Shown in pieces: positions 55,459-64,000 of a DNA stretch of 64,000 bases. Every line of letters starts with the position of its first letter. Within the stretch, counting starts at the first letter, position 1. This DNA comes from Octopus sinensis (Eukaryota), in contig NC_043014.1 in assembly GCF_006345805.1 (NCBI RefSeq), forward strand, positions 51,522,001 through 51,586,000. The letters run 5' to 3'. The translations under genes were made by a program, and so were the position numbers. Below the pieces are notes generated by a model. It was given only the letters and a program-made list of their open reading frames with translations, had not been told where the DNA came from and did no database searches.

Positions 55459-55670
55459 AGGTGGCGGGCTGGCAGAATCGGAAGCACGCCGGGCAAAATT
55501 CTTAGCGGCATTTGGACCGTCTTTACATTCTGAGTTCAAATTCCGCCGAGGTCGACTTTGCCTATCATCATTTCGGGGTTGATAGATTAAATACCAATGA
55601 AACACTGGGGGTCGATATTATTGACTCGTCCCCTCCCCTCCATTGAAGGCCTTGTGCCTGTAGTAGAAAG
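55459..55670 (+). mobile_element. SINE family B variant
   Basis: GGTGGCGGGCTGGCAGAATCG head, GAGTTCAAATTCCGCCGAGGTCGACTTTGCC, tail GCCTTGTGCCTGTAGTAGAAAGG. Confidence 0.85.
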
Positions 55671-56229
55671 GTTTATTATTGTTTACAGGGGTGGTCGTAG
55701 CTGCAATAGTAGTAGTGATATTAGTAGTTGAAGTATAAACTCTCTGCCACATTTTTCTCGTATTTTGATCTTATGCTACAATCATAGCCATATGCACTTG
55801 AAGCCAATAAAAGTTATCGATATATTACCAATATGTTATAATTATTATATATTTTATTTTCTCTCCTATATGACTATTATGTGTTGTTACACTGTAATAA
55901 ATTAGAAACTTATACAGTAAAAGCCCCGGATACATTGCAGTGTATGAGCGCGATTTAGTACGCATCAGTGTAAAAACAAATGATATTTGCATGCCTTTGC
56001 ATATAGATTATAGTGTAAGGGCATGCATATGGCAAATGAATATGTCTTGGAATTCTTGCGTGCTTGTGGGTTAATAATATCATTCTAGCAGAGTTTGGTA
56101 AGGGTTTGTGTTTAGGAGGGAAGTATTGATGTTGCTGCAATATCCATTGATGAATATCTTAAACTAGAACTAAAGGTAAAACGCTTCAAGTGAGAATAAT
56201 CAGAGGGAACATAACGAAAACCGATATAG

Positions 56230-56442
56230 TAGAAATGTACTGTCGACCCAGAGGAGCAAACTGCCCGTAAGAGCTACAAAGAGAAAGGGAGAAATACTTG
56301 CCTGCAAGTGTTATCGTTTTGGGCTGATGAAACTCAGACTTCGACTGAATTTGAAAGCACGAAATTGCCTCGAGATACGGAAGGAAACTAGCTACGCGTT
56401 CTATCCTCTTTTGCATTTCCCCTTGCAGTTGTGCCTCTCTGC

Positions 56443-56443
<1 letters not shown>
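56230..56443 (+). mobile_element. Possible Penelope-like terminal remnant with CUGAUGA..GAAA
   Basis: CTGATGA 56324-56330, stem TCAG/CTGA, GAAA 56353-56356; ends at (TA)n. Confidence 0.4.
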
Positions 56444-56485
<42 letters not shown>

Positions 56486-56612
56486 TTTGTACATACACAC
56501 GCACACGCATACGCGTATATATGTATATATCCTTATACGCCAGTATGTGTACACGCGTATTTTAATGTATGTAAATTTCTCGATTTTCATTTCTTCCTCT
56601 ATATATACATAC

Positions 56613-56688
<76 letters not shown>

Positions 56689-56709
56689 GTATATAGATAA
56701 AATACGTGA

Positions 56710-56905
56710 GTGTGCTTGTATGTGTGTTCTCCCCAACATCTTTTGACACAGATGGTGGCTTGTCTACGTCGGGTGACATAGCGGTTCGGCAAAAGTGGCG
56801 ATATATTGAGTACTAGGGTTACAATGAATAAGTGCTAGGGTCGATTTTTTCGACTAAAGGTGGTGCTCCAGCATCGCCGCAGTCAAATGACTAAAACAAA
56901 TAAAA

Positions 56906-56908
<3 letters not shown>
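56710..56908 (+). mobile_element. SINE family A, 3' half
   Basis: GCGGTTCGGCAAAAG..GGTGCTCCAGCATCGCCGCAGTCAAATGACT. Confidence 0.85.
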
Positions 56909-56965
<57 letters not shown>

Positions 56966-57399
56966 CCCGGTTGGATTATTCGAAAAGTCGTCTTAAATTA
57001 GTCGGTTCATTGAAGATATCTACTCAAAACGAGAGCCACTCATTTGTTTCGATGTTGACATTGTGACGTTGTTTCACTTAATTCTCGTCTTCTTTTAATG
57101 TTATTATATCTATTTTTATTACTTTCATTGCTGTCTATTTGTGTTGCCAATACTGTAGGTATTTTGCTCTGACTCTCTTTAACTCACTCACTCACTCACT
57201 CGCTCTGTGTCTCTATCTGTCTCTTTCTCTGTCTATCTGTCTCCTTATCTTGCTTTATATCGCTTTCCTATCTACTTGTCTGGCTAACTCACGACTTATT
57301 CGATTCCTCTTAGTTGTGAAGTTGATAAAAGCAATAGAGCAATCGATGAAGTACCATTTTGATAAAAATTATATACAATTATATATATATATATTATAT

Positions 57400-57431
<32 letters not shown>

Positions 57432-57919
57432 ACATATATATACACTCACGTAGTTACGCACACTCATATTACGCATACAGATAGATAAAAAAAACTATCT
57501 TTGTGGTGAGTATAGTTAGATAGATAGATAACAACTTAAGTTTTCTGATAGAACAATTTATAGTAAGGACAGCGAAAATCTAAATGGACTTTTCCAGTGA
57601 TCATTCTGTGGTGCATTTGCGTAATATTTGTGTGTGTGTTTGTGTGATATTCCTGCATTTCTCCCTCTCCAATGTTATTGCTAGTAAGTCTACCATAAAT
57701 TACAGAACCCATGTTCTGGGAGTTGATTTTGTTCTTGATCTTACCACTGTTCGTTTTTGCTGAATACCCCTAACCGCACAGAAATTCCTGGAGTTGACTT
57801 AAGATGGAATGCAATTCTAACATTAAACTATTGCCCTATTCCTCCACGTACGGTGTATCTTGACTCGCATAATTCAATCCCAATGACTGGATAGCTCTGT
57901 GTTAATTGGGTTGATAAGC

Positions 57920-58309
57920 TCTTTTATCTTTTACTTGTTTCACTCATTAGATTGCGGCCATGCTGTAGCGCTGCCTTGAAAAAGTTTTACGCGAGCGGAG
58001 CTCGTTATTTTTTAAAGGTTGGTACTATTCTGTCGGTCGCATTCTGTCGTACATATTCTATCGGTCGCCAAGATACAGGGACGTGAACACACCAACACTG
58101 GTTAGCAAGTGGTGGTTGTGTGCGGGGAGTTATACACAGGCACAACCCTGCCACCACTACCACACACATGTAAACAACAAGCTACTTTGTTTCCTTCTAC
58201 CAAATATACTCACAAAGATTTGTTCGGACCGAGGCTTTAGGAGATACTTGCCCAAGATGTCAAGTATTGGGACCGAACCCGGAACCATGTGGTTGGGAAA
58301 CAAACTTCT
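57920..58309 (-). mobile_element. Degenerate SINE family A
   Basis: CTTTTACTTGTTTCA tail and ACTTGCCCAAG..GAACCCGGAACCATGTGGTTG head, both reverse complement. Confidence 0.78.
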
Positions 58310-58396
58310 TGTATCTTTTTCTAATTAGTGATTACAACAAACTGTTGTTTGTTCTCAAGTTCAACCTCTTCGTGCAGACATTTTATGCTAACCTAC

Positions 58397-58630
58397 ATAT
58401 TTCTTTACTAACCACAAGGGGCTAAACATACAGAGAACAAACAAGGAGAGATAAACGGATTAAGTCGATTATATCGACCACAGTGCGTAACTGGTACTTA
58501 TTTAATCGACCCCGAAAGGATGAAACGCAAAGTCGCCCTCGGCGGAATTTGAACCCAGAACGTAACGGCAGAGGAAATACCGTTAAGAATTTCGCCCAGC
58601 GTGCTAACGATTCTGCCAGCTCGCCGCCTT
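58397..58630 (-). mobile_element. SINE family B, full-length with ~16-bp TSD
   Basis: TTTTATGCTAAC(C/G)TAC at 58381-58396 and 58635-58650. Confidence 0.92.
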
Positions 58631-58771
58631 ATCCTTTTATGCTAACGTACCACCTCTACAATCCCTTTTCATTTATAAATACATCAAGGACTTCACGATA
58701 CATACGTTTCTACTTTCATGATGTTATTTATCCTAAGGCCGATATTCATCCAACAGAATCATTAATTTAGG

Positions 58772-59010
58772 CAGCGTTTCTCAACCGATGTCCATTCGAC
58801 TCTTGGGGTCTCCATTAAGATTTTGTAAACCTTTATGAGCAACAAATTTGTTCCATAGGATTTGATTTCAAAGTATTCCACAGAATTTGATTTCAAAGTA
58901 ATTCAAGCGCTTTGATTTTATCGTGTTTGATCGGCTTTTGTTTCAACGTGTTCCATATGCTTTTATTTCAAAATATTTCTTACGCTTTGATTTCCAATCG
59001 AGAAACACTG
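58772..59010. mobile_element. hAT/Charlie-type MITE
   Basis: Ends CAGCGTTTCTC / GAGAAACACTG; imperfect 8-bp flanks; internal TTTGATTT repeats. Confidence 0.5.
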
Positions 59011-59602
59011 ATATAAGGCATTCTACTCCCGAATATTCAGTGTTTCTCTTATATAAACAAAATCCAGTTTCACGCTCTCCAACGGTTCTAGTTGATCTAA
59101 AACAGCGTTGGGCGTTACGTGGATGACGTAATTATGGTCCGGTACATCATTCTTCTTCCATAGTGTGGTACATCATTCTTCTACGATAGTGTGGTACCAT
59201 TTGAAGGAGCGAGAGATTTAGTGGCCCTATCTAGCATGTCGAAGGAGCAAGTAAAAGTTTCTTCGGTGCTGGAATATGTCGAAATTGGATCACAGGTAGC
59301 AACCTGTGAAATGTAGTATCAGTGTGATGTTGACATAAAACAGAAGTTTCACCAAAGAAAGTATAACTTTTTGATCGGCAGACTTGTCAAGTTTTATCAA
59401 TGCTTTCAACAGTATACACACAGACACACACACACACACACAAGCACACACACACACAAACACACACACACACACATACATACGCACGGAGGCACAATGG
59501 TATATATAATGTTTGTGTGTGTACGTGTGTGTGGATTTAACGACTATAAAGAGTATAACAACCTCACTGGCTTGAAGATTATGTACATTCTTTTCTCCCT
59601 CA

Positions 59603-59639
<37 letters not shown>

Positions 59640-60007
59640 CTCTGCTACCATCTCATGTCTCACCAAAAACAATGGAACCATTTTAAATAAATTTATTCCC
59701 CAAGTAAAGAATCTTTCCAACTCACAAATCATCAGATTACAAACAGAGCATTTTTTGAAGGTCAAACCACTTAACTACGTTAAGTGTTTCTCCATACGCC
59801 ATTTCTCTTATCCACACACACAGACACACACATACACACATACCCATACATACACAGACATGCTACTACATTCCACTTGCTTACATAGATATGTATACAC
59901 TCGCGGATATAAGTAGTTAGATCTGTGCGCACTCGAGTGTATGTAAATATGTAAACTTCCATGTTTCCGACTGCGAATACCTGAGTACGTTTGTCCGTAT
60001 ATGTATA

Positions 60008-60123
<116 letters not shown>

Positions 60124-60241
60124 CAATATATATATTATATACATATATACATATATAGTATGTGTGGTGTGTGTATGTATATATATGTATATATATATGT
60201 GTGTGTATATATGTATATGTATATATATATGTGTGTGTGTA

Positions 60242-60273
<32 letters not shown>

Positions 60274-60309
60274 ATGTGACAATTAGGTGGTTGTCAGAAT
60301 AATACTCAG

Positions 60310-60460
60310 AGGTGGGAGAATCGTTAGCACGCCGGGCAAAATGCTTAGCGGTACCTAAGCATTTCCTAAGTACCTAAGTACCTGTTATGTACTGGGGTTG
60401 ATCTAATCGACTGGCTCCACCTCCCAAAAATTTCGGTTCTCGTGCTTCTAGTAGAAAGGA
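60310..60460 (+). mobile_element. Deleted SINE family B variant
   Basis: GAATCGTTAGCACGCCGGGCAAAATGCTTAGCGG head and ACTGGGGTTGATCTAATCGACTGG. Confidence 0.75.
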
Positions 60461-60489
60461 TTATCATAACGTTAGTAGGGAAAACACGT

Positions 60490-60780
60490 GGGTCGATGGT
60501 AAGGGTTATTTGGCCCACACTCGTAAGGTCGTGAGTTCGATTCCCAGTGAATCGTTGTGTTCTTCAGCAAGTCCATTTATCTAATGTTGCTGATAAAATG
60601 AATTGTGGCTGTAATTGAAATGGCCACCCTCGTCACGCTCTGTATCACCCTGAATCTCCCTTAGAACTACGTTAAAGCTAAGTGTATCTGAAAACTGCTC
60701 AGCTAGTTGCACGTTAATTTGGCGATCAGGCTTTTCTGTTGATCGGATCAAGTAGAATCCTCGTCGCAACCGACGGAGTG
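60490..60780 (+). mobile_element. tRNA-derived SINE group C
   Basis: B-box GAGTTCGATTCCC, GTTGTGTTCTTCAGCAAG core, tail TTGCACGTTAATTT..GATCGGATCA..CCGACGGAGTG. Confidence 0.7.
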
Positions 60781-60917
60781 ATAAATGAGGGCGGTACTTC
60801 ATGAGGATATTATGAAACCACATTTCCTATTAATAACTGCATGGAGAAAAAAAGCCAAACTAGTTATTTAATGAGAAACACGCATGTTCGGTTCTCTTGA
60901 AACTAAAATATATTTCA

Positions 60918-61329
60918 CGCAGGAGTGGCTGTGTGGTAAGTAGCTTGCTAAACAACCACATGGTTCCGGGTTCAGTCCCACTGCGTGGCATCTTGGGCAA
61001 GTGTCTTCTGCTATAGCCCCGGGCCGACCAATGCTTTGTGAGTAGATTTGGTAGACGGAAACTGAAAGAAGCCTGTCGTATATATGTAGATATATATATG
61101 TGGATGTGTGTGTGTTTGTGTGTCTGTGTTTGTCCCCCTAGCATTGCTTGACAACCGATGCTGGTGCGTTTACGTCCCCGTCACTTAGCGGTTCGGCAAA
61201 AGAGACGATAGAAAAGTACTACTACTGGGCTTACAAAGAATAAGTCCCGGGGTCGATTTGCTCGACTAAAGGCGGTGCTCCAGCATGGCCGCAGTCAAAT
61301 GACTGAAACAAGTAAAAGAGTAAAAAGAG
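60918..61329 (+). mobile_element. SINE family A, full-length
   Basis: Near-identical to 12011-12409. Confidence 0.93.
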
Positions 61330-62148
61330 AAGGGGCAAAACCTACGTCGCGCCTCTTCAATGACGTTCCTTTTGCAGGTCTATTACATCGCAGAATGTTA
61401 AAACTAATTGCTTAAGAATGCTTGGAAATATTACAGTAAATTCGCTATTAAACCTGAAAAGTGATATTTCAATTGCCGTACGAGACAACTGACTGTAAAC
61501 ATTATTAGATTTGCCAATTAGAATGATAGAATTACGTGTTTCATTCTGAGAATCGCTCCGGGGGGGTTGTTCTCATCGGTAACACGGCTGCAGCAGGTTC
61601 GTGGTTCAACTCTGCTTGCATGAACGTATTTTCTGCTGTTCTGTACCGGGAAGGCTAGTGGGCTGAAACCACAAAGTCACTGTTTCCCCTCCTCTTGTAA
61701 ATGTTCAATAAATATGGACTTTTGTAAAAAAAAGTATTATAGAGTTCTTAAGTGTAATGGTAAATTCCTTTTAGCATAGCTACACATAAAACAAACGTTT
61801 TTACATATATTCTTACACACACACAAACATACCCACATACACACCTATATGTGTATGTATGTGTGTGTATATGAGAATACGTATATGTATGCATATACAT
61901 ACATATATACATACATATATATATATATATATTCCTTCTTCCATTTTCCTGAGCGCCTAATAATAATAATACTGTAATTGTTCCACGTGTTGTTTTTTCT
62001 GTTTTCCCGTTTGGATTAACCTTATATATATATATATATATATCTTCAGATGAATTAGGTACTTAAGTTGAAGCACCAGAATTTAGTACGTTATTATCCA
62101 TAAATCACCTTATACATATATATATATATGTGTATGCATATATATATT

Positions 62149-62193
<45 letters not shown>

Positions 62194-62980
62194 ATATATA
62201 TACGCACGCACACACATACGTAAATTAACATAAACAACCATGGTCAGTGTGTTACTATATTACCAAGAAGGAAAACTATAATAAACCCTAAATGTGTCTA
62301 AGTATTTTAACACACCTACATTGCTAGAAATAAGAGCTAAAATGTTCTAATGCTGTAGTTAAAACACATAATTGTATAGAGATATGCTAACAGGGACTGT
62401 AATACCCATACACAAACCCGCATATACCTACTTCGAGGATGTTGCAAGTGCATGAGAGTGGGGGTGGGTAAATAAATATGTATTTTTTATACCAAAAATG
62501 TCCATCAGTTAGTTTATATTATAATTATAACAGATTTCAACTACAATTTAATATATGTTAGCGAGAATAAAAAAGAAAAAAAATCACTGTGACATTTGTG
62601 GAACTTAATTAGCATGGGTTAGTAATTTGCAATTATGTTGTGTATTGAGGAACAGCACTTCCGCTTTTTTAACGGCCATGTAGTTGATCCCTGTTGAATG
62701 AAATGAAATATGTAGCCTTGACATTTTAATTAATACATTTTTAAGTATGCTAATGCCTGGATTTCAATTTAGAATTTTGTATTGGAGTGCAACTGCATTG
62801 ACATGCATGCAAACGCAAATATAAACATATATATTGCTACAACATATGTGTGAGTGTTTGTGTGTGAGTGTTCGCGTATTAAATTCTATCAGTTGAATTT
62901 CCGTTAACGAAATAGTTTTAGGCGCCACTTCAGATTTTACATTATAATTAAGGCCCCCACTGTCTCAAACCTATCAGTGA

Positions 62981-62981
<1 letters not shown>

Positions 62982-63070
<89 letters not shown>

Positions 63071-63077
63071 CTATCTA

Positions 63078-63110
<33 letters not shown>
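62982..63110. repeat. (TATC)n(TGTC)n repeat
   Basis: Direct reading. Confidence 0.96.
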
Positions 63111-63618
63111 GTGTTTTTGTAGACACAGTTACACGCATATATGTAAAATGCATATATAGGACTCGATATTAATTAAAAATATCTACATAAATATCTGATC
63201 AAACACACACACATATACTACATGTGTTAATTAATGCAGTGTGTAATTATCCTGGGAACGTTTCAACCCATTTCACCACTAATGTGTCTATCTATATTCG
63301 TGTCTTCAAAATAATAATTCTCTAGCCTTATTTAATATTTCTCTGACCAAAGTCGGCGAGATGGCAGAATCGATGGCACGCCGGGCAGAAAGGTACTGAA
63401 ACAGAGGCAGTAAAACTGCGTCAGAGCTCTGGTCGTAGTTGGTGCGACGAAATTTTCGATACGAAACAATACATGTTAACATGGAATAAATAGTCCTTGG
63501 GTGTTTTTGAATGGCTAATACCTGTGTTCCACTCTGTAATTGTTTCAACACATGCTCTCACCTCAAGCTCAATTGCTAGGAAAGCATACCTCGGATACAC
63601 CTCCAACATCCCGTCACA

Positions 63619-63663
<45 letters not shown>

Positions 63664-63664
<1 letters not shown>

Positions 63665-63850
63665 GGCTCAGTGGTTAGAGCGTCGAGCATACGATCGTGA
63701 GGTTGTGAGCTCGAATCCCCGACCGGGCTGCGTGTTGTGTTCTTGAGCAAGACACTCTATTTCACGTCGCTCCAGTTAACTCATCTATAGAAATGAGTTG
63801 TGATGTCACTGGTGCCAATCTGTATCGGCCTTTGCCTTTCCCTTGGATAA
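63664..63850 (+). mobile_element. tRNA-derived SINE group C
   Basis: A-box TGGCTCAGTGG, B-box-like GAGCTCGAATCCC, CORE-like GTTGTGTTCTTGAGCAAGACACT. Confidence 0.85.
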
Positions 63851-63854
63851 AATT

Positions 63855-63986
63855 TAGTGGTCAGGGTATTGGACTCGTGATCTTAAGATTGTGGTTTCCA
63901 TTCCTGGACCGGACGACTCTTTGTGTTCGTGAGCAAAACATTTCATTTACCGTTGTTCCAGACCACTTAGCTGGCAGAAATGAATA
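63855..63986 (+). mobile_element. Second, degenerate group C SINE
   Basis: TAGTGGTCAGGG head, GGTTTCCATTCC, TTGTGTTCGTGAGCAAAACATTTC. Confidence 0.65.
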
Positions 63987-64000
63987 ATTATGTGGACGGA

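Noticed and set aside
63664-63728. tRNA gene
   Set aside because: No acceptor stem; continues into a SINE core shared with other copies.

Overview
Very AT-rich, microsatellite-dense eukaryotic DNA. The tRNA-derived SINE families and repeat landscape match what I recall of Octopus (coleoid cephalopod) genomes; this assignment is recognition, not a database result. I find no convincing protein-coding exon: nearly all ORF-track entries are translations of (TA)n/(TG)n/(GAT)n tracts or SINEs. The window contains three SINE groups (about 25 copies or fragments), two intact and one decayed non-autonomous Helitron, a decayed Tc1/mariner (maT-like) transposase, LINE remnants, small hAT-type MITEs and several fold-back elements. 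Four signals stand out. (1) A textbook recursive-splicing site at 30790-30864: a 26-nt pyrimidine tract, AG|GTAAGT, and a second donor 41 nt downstream, suggesting a giant + strand intron. (2) Several short repeat families beside (TA)n tracts that carry minimal hammerhead-ribozyme-like folds with covarying stems (Penelope-like or retrozyme-like). (3) A cluster of three TGACGT sites between TATA-like boxes at 14.1 kb. (4) Several long inverted repeats that would form dsRNA, potential ADAR substrates.
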